From the IMG/VR virus record IMGVR_UViG_3300032032_000001, positions 84,365 to 148,364 of that record: a stretch of 64,000 nt of DNA; one strand, written 5' to 3'. Position numbers and translations under genes: made by a program. The notes under the pieces are model-generated. The model worked only from the letters and a program-made list of their open reading frames with translations. It had not been told where the DNA came from and made no database searches. Shown piece after piece: positions 44,701-54,910 of this stretch (positions within the stretch are counted from its first letter, which is position 1; each line of letters begins with the position of its first letter). This DNA comes from a virus.

Positions 44701-46285
44701 CTCATCGTACTTACAGTGAGGGATGCTTCCGCAGTCACTGTTCGGCCCAAAAAGAAATCCATAGAGAGTTCCGTGCTCTTCGGTTTCGTGCGTAATGACC
44801 TCTGCCTCAGAGATCGTCTCAGCCCACCGCAGAAACCCGACATCGTCTTTAACCTTTGTGTAGCTCGTTCGAGCTGTTGCATAATAATTAGCCATGCCTA
44901 ACCTCCTTTGTATGCGTTGGAAACTTTCCTAAGCTGTTCCCAATCAATAGCGTCACAGATTTCGTTATCACTAAGCTCGTGCCCTTCTTCTGTGGCAGCA
45001 TCCAGAACCATACCCACAGCCTCGACAGCATCAGAGCTGTCGAGACTATGGAGTAGTCCAATGTGGTAGGCCTCAGCCTGCCCCTTAGAGCCGTCTTGTG
45101 GGAAACTCTGGATCTCCCGAGCCTTTGAAAGCAGCCTAGTGAATAGGTCTATAGCCTTAGCCCTCATTGTTTCTTTTGTCTCGCCCCAGTGGGCGTAGTC
45201 GTACTCAACCATTAGTAATCCTCCGGCAGAAGGATCGTAGTCACGCTCCTATCCCGCTCTGTGATGATCCAGAATTTAATCCCGTCATCCGTGTGGTACA
45301 CCGACAGAAGGCGCTCTCCCGCCTTCAAAGCGTCATCATTACTCTTCTTGTCTTCATCACAGCAATCACCCCAGTCACAACGGGCATGACGCACAAGACT
45401 CTTCTGAGCCTCTTTAATGCTGGCCTCTTTACCCAGCGTGTTTTCAAAGTTAGCGGTGGCAACCACCTGTCCAAGTTCAAACATAATCTATCTCCTTGTT
45501 AGTTGTTTTTAGTACCAAGCGTGCATTCCATGCCCAGCCTTGCCCCAAAACTCACACCAAGATCCCGCTTCTTCAACGATTTTGATCTGATCTTCTATGG
45601 AATCTTTGCAAGGGTCCTCAGGTTTCGCATCTAATAGTTCTCCGTTCCTTGTCGCAATTTCTTTAAAGACTCTTGCAGCTTCCTTTAGCCTTTCTCCATA
45701 GGCGGTGAGTGCTTCTGGCTCGTGGTTTTCGTAAGCCTCATTTCTGAGATCGTCATCCAACCACTCGATATAATTTAAACATTTGCCCCGAAAGGATTCA
45801 GGACCAACCGCTATCCCGGTAATTGTTCCAAGCCCGCCCTTTTCCGTGGCCAGACTCGCAACACGTTGACCAACGCAGTGCGTCAAGTAGTCCTCTTCGG
45901 TAGGAAACCTTCTAAAGAACTTAGCCCGATCTTCACGGGTTGGTAGCTCTTTTATTTCCCTGTAATACTCTCTAACGAAATCATCAGCCACCTTGTCCTG
46001 TCCCACCAAGGGGGCACCCAATGTTTCCAAGGGGGACACCACGCAGGCAGACCTAACAAACTCCCACTCCTTTATTTTGGAGCTTAGTTCGATGGCCACT
46101 TCTTTATCGGTAAACTCCTCGGCCAGATCGTTTGGATAATGCATAGGATTTTCCCGGTCACCCAGGAACTCTTTCCAAGCATCATCGTACTCTTTCCGAA
46201 GCCTTGTTATATGAGCCTCTGCGAACAGAAGGTTCTCTTTTTTATCTGGAATATTCTTATCTTTAACACACCAATCCAAACCCAT
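41731..46285 (-). CDS. Cluster of about 12 small early-type genes, including winged-HTH/Zn-ribbon protein 43002-43613 and plasmid-related protein 45212-45484
   Basis: Tightly overlapping co-oriented ORFs; LGMSAATMCRAVRNL HTH; RHARCDWGD...WIITE.DRSVTTILLPEDY. Confidence 0.65.
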
Positions 46286-46342
46286 GATATTAACTCCTTT
46301 GCTATGGTTTGAGGCCAGACAGCCTCATTGGTTTCCAGTATA

Positions 46343-46370
46343 CTTATACTGAAATACCGATTATGTTTGC
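46343..46370 (-). promoter_or_regulatory. Promoter GCAA-N16-AGTATAAG heading the small-gene cluster
   Basis: Near-exact motif at the strand switch. Confidence 0.65.
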
Positions 46371-46433
46371 TGTAATGACACCAATGATGTATACATCGTT
46401 TCGGCTATCAAGACTTGGCCCATTAGGTGAGCT

Positions 46434-46979
46434 ATGGGAAAAAGAAGTGAAACAGAGTTGTCTACTTGGTCTGGGGGGAAGTTTGACTTCACCAACCCGG
46501 ACCCGAAGGATATTCATATCAGCGACATAGCCCACGCATTATCGTTACAGTGCCGCTTCAATGGGCACATAAACGAGTTCTACTCTGTGGCCGAGCACTC
46601 CGTTCTGGTGGCAGATATACTATTCGAGAGGCACGCCGATCCAAAGCTGGCCATGACTGGGTTACTCCACGATGCGGCGGAAGCATACATAGGAGATATC
46701 GTATCCCCACTAAAGCATCTTCTCCCTGGTTTCTTAAAGTACGAAGCCTCTGTGGAGAAATGTATATCCATTAAGTTTGGTATACCGTACCCTTTGCCCA
46801 CGGAAGTTAAAGAAGCAGACAAGGACGCACTTAAGCTGGAGTTCACGCTGTTGGCCCCGTTCACGCAGAAGGAGCCATACACACCAAGAAAGCCTGTAGA
46901 CGCTGAGGCCCGATTCCTGAAAAGGTATTATGAGTTAGGGAAGATTAACCTTGGAGACTGTGATGATCAAAGCATCTGA
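46434..46979 (+). CDS. HD-domain phosphohydrolase (YfbR/YfdR-like)
   Basis: IAHALS...CRFNGH, YSVAEHS, LLHDAAEAYIGD. Confidence 0.85.
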   Translation: MGKRSETELSTWSGGKFDFTNPDPKDIHISDIAHALSLQCRFNGHINEFYSVAEHSVLVADILFERHADPKLAMTGLLHDAAEAYIGDIVSPLKHLLPGFLKYEASVEKCISIKFGIPYPLPTEVKEADKDALKLEFTLLAPFTQKEPYTPRKPVDAEARFLKRYYELGKINLGDCDDQSI

Positions 46980-47217
46980 GCAGCGTGTGCTGTGGGAATT
47001 TATCGGGAAGAAGTCTGCGAAGTCACGTGACAGAGAGAATGGGGTCGGCCCGTTTGAGATAACGAGTGAGGACACAGAGATACCAAGACACTTAGATTGC
47101 CCAAACTATGACCAGTGTTTGGGTTTTGCCGCCGATAGAAGATGGTCTTCTTTCGGATGTAAGGGATGCAGAAAGACTAACCACGGAAGATTTGTTGAGG
47201 AGGGTAGAGCACTATGA
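46951..47217 (+). CDS. Small Cys-rich protein
   Basis: CPNYDQCL...CKGC. Confidence 0.55.
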   Translation: METVMIKASEQRVLWEFIGKKSAKSRDRENGVGPFEITSEDTEIPRHLDCPNYDQCLGFAADRRWSSFGCKGCRKTNHGRFVEEGRAL

Positions 47218-48080
47218 GTTCCCCGGAAGAATACAACGCTAGATCAATGGAAAAATTTGGATGGGATCGGGAGTGCTTAGACCTCCCCCCCGAAGCTACG
47301 ATGGCTGATGTCACACAAGCGGCTATCGAGTTCCAGAAGGAGCACGGATTAGACCCTGACGGTCTAGTCGGGCCCATGACATGGAGGCGCATCCAGGCCT
47401 CAAACGAACTACGCCTACACGAGAAGTACCCGGACGCTAAGGGCTTTGTTCTCGTTGGGGGCAAACCAATTCCTGTGGATTTCCCAGCAAAGATGTGCTC
47501 TCCCTCTTCGGCATATTCTTTGATTGGTCTGGGAGGCCACTCAACACGTTCCCCTGATAAACAGCCGACACAGGTTGTTTGGCATTGGGACGTGGCGGTA
47601 AGTGCTGCCTCCTGCCACAGGATCCTAAAGAGACGGAAGCTATCTACACATGGCGCTATCGACAATGACGGCACCTTTATTCAGTTTTTAGACTTCGCTC
47701 TTCACGTTGGTTGGCACGCTGGTACTCGGCTGGTCAACAAGCGTTCTATAGGCATTGACTTATCCAATGCCGTGTATACAAAGTTTAATCTTTATTACAA
47801 GCGTGGGTGGGGCCCTCGTCCCGTGATTAAAGCTACGGTACATGGACGGGAGCACACCCTGCTTGGTTATTATGACGCACAGCTGAGGACTGCTGGAAGG
47901 GTGGCCGCATTGATAAATGATCTATTTGACATCCCCCTAGTATCCCCGGATACCACCACCATCATAGAAGATCCAGAAGACTACGCTGGGCATATCGCAC
48001 ATTATCACATAACAAAGCGAAAATGGGATGTCGCAGGATTTCCATTTAAGGACGTTTTGGAGGGAAAGTACAATGAGTAA
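47214..48080 (+). CDS. N-acetylmuramoyl-L-alanine amidase with peptidoglycan-binding domain (endolysin)
   Basis: FQKEHGLDPDGLVGPMTW; VVWHWD, STH, WHAG...N.RSIGID, HYH...KWD. Confidence 0.8.
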   Translation: MSSPEEYNARSMEKFGWDRECLDLPPEATMADVTQAAIEFQKEHGLDPDGLVGPMTWRRIQASNELRLHEKYPDAKGFVLVGGKPIPVDFPAKMCSPSSAYSLIGLGGHSTRSPDKQPTQVVWHWDVAVSAASCHRILKRRKLSTHGAIDNDGTFIQFLDFALHVGWHAGTRLVNKRSIGIDLSNAVYTKFNLYYKRGWGPRPVIKATVHGREHTLLGYYDAQLRTAGRVAALINDLFDIPLVSPDTTTIIEDPEDYAGHIAHYHITKRKWDVAGFPFKDVLEGKYNE

Positions 48081-48798
48081 GAAGAGTAAGCCGGATTTAA
48101 GTAAACTAAAGTCCAGGATTCAAAACCCCGACGAGGTGGAGGAGAGAGAGCCCCCCAAGCCAGATCTAGACGGCCCCAGTATCAAGCCTGAGACGATTCG
48201 GCAGATGAAGGACTATGCTCGGGACGTAGAGAAGCTTCGCAAGGAAGAGCACGAGGAGGAGCAAGAGCCCGAGAAGATCGAGCTTGAGGAAGTCCCGGAG
48301 GGCACGAGCCCAGCGGCTTTCGATGACCATACTTATTACCGCCAAACGCCCTCGGACAACCCTAAGGTTCGAAAAGCAATCGAAGATAAGTGCTCTGAGA
48401 TGGATTTCGCGGACCTGATTATTACAGGGCGGGTAACCCAGGTAGTGCCAGTTATCCCAAACAAGCTTGAGGTCGAGTACCAGTCATTGTTGGCGAGTGA
48501 GACTTTCTGGATTGAACGTGAAGCCGAGAACCAAGGAACAAGCGACTGGGCCCTCAGAAGTTGGATGGGGTACGCCCGTCTGGCCATGGCAATTGTTTCC
48601 ATTAACGGTAAGGACTTTCCCGGTAAAAATCTAACCACAAAGGATGAGATTGACCGCGACAGCTTCGAGAGGAAATTTAAGTCAGTAATGAATATGGGCG
48701 AGAAGCCCATTGAGTACCTTCTGGTAAATCTGGGCTGGTTTAACGACAGGGTTGATCGTCTCTCAGAGAGCGACTTCGATGAACTAAAAAATGGATAG
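48073..48798 (+). CDS. Putative tail assembly chaperone (gpG-like)
   Basis: Ends ELKNG at slippery A-AAA-AAT. Confidence 0.55.
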   Translation: MSKKSKPDLSKLKSRIQNPDEVEEREPPKPDLDGPSIKPETIRQMKDYARDVEKLRKEEHEEEQEPEKIELEEVPEGTSPAAFDDHTYYRQTPSDNPKVRKAIEDKCSEMDFADLIITGRVTQVVPVIPNKLEVEYQSLLASETFWIEREAENQGTSDWALRSWMGYARLAMAIVSINGKDFPGKNLTTKDEIDRDSFERKFKSVMNMGEKPIEYLLVNLGWFNDRVDRLSESDFDELKNG

Positions 48799-49124
48799 AG
48801 TCTCCTCTTGGCTGGGCAAGGGCCAACTTGTTTTACGACTTGTTGGAAGCTCCACCCGACCCAGGAAGCCTTCAGGAGGCTCTTTGCATACTCGTTTTCC
48901 GGTATCGGCAGGAGCAAAAATTTTATGGATTATTGGTTAATGCGCAAACAGAGCACAAGGATAGGGCAGAAAGTTTTGAGAAATACAAAGCCTCACTGTT
49001 TCCGTACGTGTTCAAGTCTGCACGGGACACCAGAGACGCCACCAAAGAAGCCCTCGAACGTGCGTTCAGGCTCGGCCCAATTGTAATTAGGCCACTTAAA
49101 AAGGGAGAAAATGCAAATGATTGA
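48783..49124 (+). CDS. -1 frame extension (gpGT-like) of the previous gene
   Basis: Frame opens at 48783 just before the slippery site and has no good start of its own. Confidence 0.55.
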   Translation, partial: TKKWIESPLGWARANLFYDLLEAPPDPGSLQEALCILVFRYRQEQKFYGLLVNAQTEHKDRAESFEKYKASLFPYVFKSARDTRDATKEALERAFRLGPIVIRPLKKGENAND

Positions 49125-49488
49125 GGTAAATAAGGGGGTTTTGGTTATCGGGCTCTCGAACACTATCTTGTTTGGCGGAGATACCACCACTGAGCTTTTA
49201 ATGCTCGATGTGGCCAGCGGGGAAGACTTTTCGCTGCCGCTATCAGAGGAGCAGGTTGAGTACCTGCTTACCCAAATAAGCCTTGAAGGTCTTCTAGACA
49301 TAGAAGAGCAGCCGCCAACTGCCGCGAAAGCGGAAGCCGAGTCGGATGTAGTGGTCTCTCCCACAATTGACAACGTGGAACAGGCTCGTTCAAAGCTTGA
49401 TGACCTTCTGAACAACAACTCGGGAGCGGATGATGCCCAATACGGTATCGATGCGCGTTCTTCCGCTGAAAAAACACCGCAACTTTAA
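49111..49488 (+). CDS. Hypothetical acidic protein
   Basis: GGGAG SD. Confidence 0.55.
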   Translation: MQMIEVNKGVLVIGLSNTILFGGDTTTELLMLDVASGEDFSLPLSEEQVEYLLTQISLEGLLDIEEQPPTAAKAEAESDVVVSPTIDNVEQARSKLDDLLNNNSGADDAQYGIDARSSAEKTPQL

Positions 49489-49876
49489 CGAGTATTGGGT
49501 ATGTGCATCATGTGGACGACCGCGAAGAAAGAACACCCCAAAAAAGAAGCCCTGCCACCAGTGCAGGTCGTTGCTTCCTCCGAGAGTTCGGATAACACAT
49601 ACTCGCGGAGAAGGGGACAAGGCGCACGAGGACTCCAAGGTGTCCAAGGCGCTTATGACTGCGGCATCTTTTGCGAGAAATCGGCTAAAGATGGGGACCA
49701 ACACGTTCCCGTTAAGCCACCCATCGAGAGATTTTTTAGACCAAGCACAACAATTCGAGAAAAATACGCGGAGAAGAAAGTGGTTTTGCCAAGTATTCCT
49801 CCCATCCGGGACGTACGCGGGGGACCTAGATCGAGAAATATGCCTCTCCACGGTAATTCAGGAGGTTATAAGATAC

Positions 49877-50041
49877 ATGAGCGGTAAAAAAATGATGCAG
49901 ATCCGCATTTCAGCGGACTTACACAAGTGGCTAAAGCTACATGCTGCCAAGAATGACACTACGATGACTCAGATTATCATTGATTATTTGGAACGTCTTC
50001 GACAGAGATCTGAGAAGCAGGTCAAGGTGGACCAGATATGA
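49877..50041 (+). CDS. Ribbon-helix-helix DNA-binding protein
   Basis: GGAGG SD; MQIRISADLHKWLKLHAAKNDTTMTQII; in frame with the upstream Cys-rich part of ORF 49430-50041. Confidence 0.65.
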   Translation: MSGKKMMQIRISADLHKWLKLHAAKNDTTMTQIIIDYLERLRQRSEKQVKVDQI

Positions 50042-52334
50042 CAAGTGAGAACGTCAAATCCCCGGATCAGGCGTCGTTGACACTGGCTGTCGATGAGATT
50101 GACCTTCCGGGAACGGTTGAGGGAATCTTAGGGGTACTCAAAAGGGTTCTGAGCAAGCCTTACATCCAATCCATACAACTGAAGTCTGAGCAGCCCATCA
50201 GGGTTGAGTGGTATAAAGACCTGTCTGACTCGTTGGGGATTGGTGACCCAGAAGAGGACCCTGATTCGGTCCTATCTAGAGTTGATTTGGAGGAGTTTAG
50301 CTCACCAAAGAGCCCTAAAGAGGTGGTGGTGGAGTCTATGCTGAAGCTGAACAACGCGGGGCTCCAGGCAACGCACTTGTTTGTTGGCTCGGTGGATTAC
50401 TTCAAGAACTGGTTAGAGCTTCCCGCCGTGGTTTCACTGCCAAAGTATGGTGACACTGACTACTACAACTTTATAGGGGTCCGCGTTGCCGAGGTCCCAT
50501 CACTAGAAGAAGACGTTGTTGTCGTAATGGGTGGCGTGGCCGCTGGCGTAGCAACCAATGAGATAATTAAAGCACTAAAAGTGGTCACATAGACCAAGGA
50601 GAAGAAAATGGCTAAGAAGAAAACACTCGAAAAGATTCAACTTGAGATGAAAGACACACTTGAGTCAATTGGCTGCATGGAAGTTGTTTCCGCGTCCAGC
50701 CGCAATGGGGACGTGCGGTTTCTATGCCGTGTCAACAACGAAGAGGTGTGGCTCAGAGTGCTTTCCGAGTACTTAGCCGCCGACACAGACTGGTATTCTT
50801 TTGTTGGGAAGAAATACTTCCTTAACAATGGCCGCCTCGTCTTTGGCTGGGTAATCATTCTTGAGTCTGAAGAGGTGGACAAGGCTGTGCAGGGTGCTCG
50901 AAAAATCATCCTTAAAGCTGCCGACACTGTCCAAAACAGGAGAGACGAGGCAGTAGAGGTGGGGAGCGGTGAGATCGAGGTCCCATTACCTTCCGGCGCT
51001 GGCTTCCAGAAGCGGCTACAGAACCGAGTAACCAACGTAAGATAAGAGGACTCAGATGGGAATATTAGACCCTAATACAATAACGGCTGACTACATAGTC
51101 CAGGTTAGTACAGTTTTTCGACCTAAGACTATGAATAGGCTCGGGTCTATTAACCTGTGGGCCAAGGGCGGATGGTTCGGGCAGGCTGATGAGCTTATGA
51201 AATTCTGTGCAGCGAATGGTTGCATGGGGTTTCTCTCGGACGACTTCTCCCTGTCTGAGGCTGAAGCAGCCAGGATTGGTGACGACCCCTCAACGGTTGA
51301 GGTGGGCGACTGGCCCGCTGACCTACGACACAAGTACTTCAACTGGTTTGACCAACCGACCATGTGTCCTGTATGTGGGAACATATGTGTTCGTGAGCAG
51401 CTTCCCGATAGTTATGGATTTAATATGCCCACCATGAAGATTGCGGAGAGAATGTCCCAGTTCTACCACGCTCTTGGTGGCGCAGCCGACGTGTACATGG
51501 TCAGAACCAAAGAGAATAAGCTATTCCACAAAGCGCGAGAAGGCCTATACTCAGCCAACCATAACTTTTCTAAATACAAGAAGACCCTAGAGTCCGCTCG
51601 TGACCGGGATTGTGTGTATTACCCGCTGCGTAGTATTATCAAAGATACAACCGGCGGGGGAGACTTGGTAATCAGGTTTAAGGCGCTACTGGAGGCATAA
51701 GTGTCAAGGCACCTAAAAGACGTACTCGAAGAGATTGTTAACAAGCAGCATAAAATAGCTGTATTTGAGGACCTAATAGCGTATTTAGAGGATTACCTAC
51801 CATCAGATGTCTGCTTGACACCTGATGAGAAGTTAAGTGTAGAAGGTCCGTGTCTGGAGCCAGATGTCTCCTACGCGGTTATTGAGAATGTTATAGAGTT
51901 CTTGTCTAAAATGATGGAAGAGGAATCCAAGACTTTAGACAAGCTAAACAATATGGAGATGAAGCCCAATGAGCCAGCAAAACGTAAACCCCGAACAACC
52001 AAACCAAAGTCAAAGCCTGCCCCCAGGAAGCCAAGAGCAACAAAACCAAAGTGAGGCTATTGAGGTGCCGGAAATCGAAGAGATTTTCGGAAGACTCATG
52101 GTAGCAGAGCAGGTCGTCAGCGAACTCCTTAAGGGGTTTAGTATGGCAGGCCAAGCCGTGAACAGGCTTGAGAGTTTTACTTTTGTTCTTGTGAACATTA
52201 TCCTCAAGAAAGAGCTTGCGACAATCGAAGAGATTCGCGTTATGCAAGAAAATCTTATGGGATTTGAGGACTTGAATGAGTTCTGGGGAGTTGCTCCCGC
52301 ACCTGAAGAGCCTGCTGAAGAACAGGCGGAGTAA
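50038..52334 (+). CDS. Operon of hypothetical proteins (50038-50592, 50608-51045, 51056-51700, 51701-52054, 51969-52334)
   Basis: Co-oriented with SDs; 51056-51700 has C...C and CPVC Zn ligands. Confidence 0.6.
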
Positions 52335-52432
52335 TATACAAACACACTTCGTCATATAGATATTTACGGATATAATTCTTGTAGATCTTGCGAGGTATAT
52401 TCGAAGTGTGTTTATTAATAAGGGAGCCATAG

Positions 52433-52783
52433 ATGGACTCGACAACGGCAATTAGTACTTTAGTTGGAGCCATCGGCGCGTTAGCCCCTGCCCTTCTCCT
52501 GATCTCCTCACACTACAAGAAGCTTCGTGACGAGGTGATCATGGCGAAAGCCGAGTTCACTACAGGAGTCACTATGCTGAAGCAGGAGTTCCACTCCGGC
52601 TTCCAGCTTGTTAATCAAAAGATTGCATCCTTAGAGAGGCAGATCTCGGACCAACAAAAGCATTTGACGAAGATCCACGACGACCATGTACGGCTGGCTG
52701 AAAGAATGGCTGTCGTTGAGACCAGATTGGGAACTATTGAGGGCGATGTTGTCTCGATAGAGAACAAAATGGCGAACGGGTAA
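52433..52783 (+). CDS. N-terminal TM plus coiled-coil protein
   Basis: Hydrophobic residues about 7-26 then heptad repeats. Confidence 0.6.
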   Translation: MDSTTAISTLVGAIGALAPALLLISSHYKKLRDEVIMAKAEFTTGVTMLKQEFHSGFQLVNQKIASLERQISDQQKHLTKIHDDHVRLAERMAVVETRLGTIEGDVVSIENKMANG

Positions 52784-52842
52784 AACACCGGCTCTTCTTC
52801 ATACCACATGGTTGCTGCTATTACTTGTAATAGGGGTGACTG

Positions 52843-53079
52843 ATGGCTTACTCAAACTATTCCGGAAGATACGGCGGAGACCCTATTGTTCACCCTTGTG
52901 TAGGTGAATACGTGGAGGTCAAGCCTGGGAAACTTTTCGCAGGCTCCCGCCTGAAAGTTTTAGATGTGCGTGGTTACTTGTACTCCATCGGATACAGAAT
53001 CTACGTCGCTGCGCCTGATGGGATAGAGACGTGGTACTGGCCGTGGGATGTCATAGTCAGTGACCCGGAAACTTTATAG
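52843..53079 (+). CDS. Small SH3/KOW-like protein
   Basis: VGEYVEVK...LKVLDV pattern. Confidence 0.45.
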   Translation: MAYSNYSGRYGGDPIVHPCVGEYVEVKPGKLFAGSRLKVLDVRGYLYSIGYRIYVAAPDGIETWYWPWDVIVSDPETL

Positions 53080-53140
53080 CACCCTTCATGGTAATAAAAA
53101 TGTGGAGGTTAAGGAAGGGGGACTTTCGTCCCCCTCCCAC

Positions 53141-53464
53141 TCACCACCCCACGTATTCGTCCTCTGGACGGTTACGTTCTTTCTCCCACTCGTCTTCGAG
53201 GAGTTGCTCCTCGGCCTCAAAGTCTTTCTTGGTCTGCTCTTCCCAGTACTCTTCGAATCCCTCCCCGGAGAACTGGAGGTGTACAAGAATTGCACCAAAC
53301 CCCATACCGAGCAGACCCCCCTCAAACCAGGGGCGCTGGATAACGAAAGACATCGCTACCCCAAAGATACCGACCCCAACCACTACAGTTGAGATAGCAA
53401 AGAACGTTGACCAGAAACGGTATGACTTATACCGCGATTCGACCTCTTCATTGTCGTAGTACAT
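53141..53464 (-). CDS. Two-TM membrane protein with acidic tail
   Basis: AAGGAGG SD; promoter GCAA-N17-GATATAAG at 53520-53548. Confidence 0.65.
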   Translation of the reverse strand: MYYDNEEVESRYKSYRFWSTFFAISTVVVGVGIFGVAMSFVIQRPWFEGGLLGMGFGAILVHLQFSGEGFEEYWEEQTKKDFEAEEQLLEDEWEKERNRPEDEYVGW

Positions 53465-53547
53465 AGTTGCCTCCTTCTGGCAGTGTTATCTGTCTGAGGG
53501 CATCCTTTCCCTCAAGTATCTTATATCTAAATTAGGGTGCTGTCTTG

Positions 53548-54063
53548 CTAATGTACAGTAGGGTTGAGGAGCCACATAGCATTACGCAGGAAGAAATCCT
53601 CATTTGACTCATCCCCTGTAGGCCTAACATGCTCCAAAGAGTCGATTACCCGATCATCCTTCGCGGATAATATGGCCTTTAACTCGTGAGGATTCTTGCA
53701 AGCACGTCTTCTACAGAACAGCGTCACACGCGGCACAGGGTCTTGTCCCGGTATAGCTTCATCTATCTCATCCTCCTCAGGGTCGTCAAACTCTTCGTAA
53801 GACGAGACGAGTCTACGAAGCTCCTCGAAGGTGGGAGGGTCAATATCCATCCCATAAAAAAGAAGACGGTCTCCGTGGGACATAGATAGGTACATGGTGT
53901 CAGAGCCGGGTTCCGCCCCTTCCATCTTTATGTATTCTGCGGAGAACTTTTTCCCGGTGATCCCCATCCCCAGAGGTGCCACAGTCTCAAGAGTGTAGTC
54001 GTGTATGTCTCTAAGGATTAGTTCTCTCGGATCACCAAACATGTGGGCCTCCATGTAATTCAT
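53548..54063 (-). CDS. Hypothetical protein
   Basis: ORF with GGAGG SD at second Met. Confidence 0.55.
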   Translation of the reverse strand: MNYMEAHMFGDPRELILRDIHDYTLETVAPLGMGITGKKFSAEYIKMEGAEPGSDTMYLSMSHGDRLLFYGMDIDPPTFEELRRLVSSYEEFDDPEEDEIDEAIPGQDPVPRVTLFCRRRACKNPHELKAILSAKDDRVIDSLEHVRPTGDESNEDFFLRNAMWLLNPTVH

Positions 54064-54123
54064 GTTAGGCCCTTATTATATGGTAATAAAAGGGGGCACA
54101 TGGTACCCCCTTTTGAAGAATCG

Positions 54124-54408
54124 CTACTGCTTAGCTTCTTCTCCATCTTCTACTTTTTTACGACTCTCGGCCTCCTCTTTGGCCACGAAAGCCACGGTCT
54201 CATCTGGACCATATTTCTCAAGAAGGTAGCTCAGGTAGTCAGCGTTTCCGCCGATCCCAAGCTTGGTTTTACGCAGTGCGTTACTCTCTTCAGTTGCCAT
54301 AGCAAGTCTCCCAATGTTGGTTGATAAAGCTTCCACAGTTCTAATAATATGTGGAAGCGTTGAACTCATAAAGTTTTGTGCGGTAGCCGCGTTTGCCCAC
54401 CATCCCAT
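54124..54408 (-). CDS. Hypothetical protein
   Basis: AGGAGG SD; terminator at about 54087-54114. Confidence 0.6.
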   Translation of the reverse strand: MGWWANAATAQNFMSSTLPHIIRTVEALSTNIGRLAMATEESNALRKTKLGIGGNADYLSYLLEKYGPDETVAFVAKEEAESRKKVEDGEEAKQ

Positions 54409-54449
54409 GTATCTCCTCCTTCACGGTAATATTCTAGGTTAACAAAAGC

Positions 54450-54478
54450 CTTATACCATCAACCAGAACTGCCTTTGC
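54450..54478 (-). promoter_or_regulatory. Promoter GCAA-N17-GGTATAAG
   Basis: Exact motif match. Confidence 0.75.
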
Positions 54479-54550
54479 AAAGAGCATCCTTCCTCATACT
54501 TATTAGTAAACGCTAGTATTAGTAATACCTCGAAGCTTGAGGCAGGAGAG

Positions 54551-54910
54551 ATGAAATGCGAATCTAACACTGCCGTGATTTTGATTCACGTGCTTAATTT
54601 CTTCGACGGCCTTCTAACGCTTTACGCTGTTAGTTTAGGGGTACTGGAAGTCAATCCACTGATGCGTTGGGCCTTAGGGCTCGGCCCACTTTGGTTTTTA
54701 TTCGTTAAGGTCGGGGTGGTTTCCACCGGGCTTTATTTTTTGGACAAACAGCTTGAGGGATCTAAGCGCAAGATATTTTTATTACTACTAGCAGCATACG
54801 CCCTCGTAATAGCGTGGCATGTATTCGGTGTGCTCCTTCTCTATAACTTGCTCCCACCATCGACATCTCAGGCTGTCGGTATCCTAATGGGGAAGGGTTA
54901 TGAATTTTAG
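54551..54910 (+). CDS. DUF5658-like membrane protein
   Basis: LNFFDGLLT...G..EVNPLM...FLFVK. Confidence 0.65.
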   Translation: MKCESNTAVILIHVLNFFDGLLTLYAVSLGVLEVNPLMRWALGLGPLWFLFVKVGVVSTGLYFLDKQLEGSKRKIFLLLLAAYALVIAWHVFGVLLLYNLLPPSTSQAVGILMGKGYEF

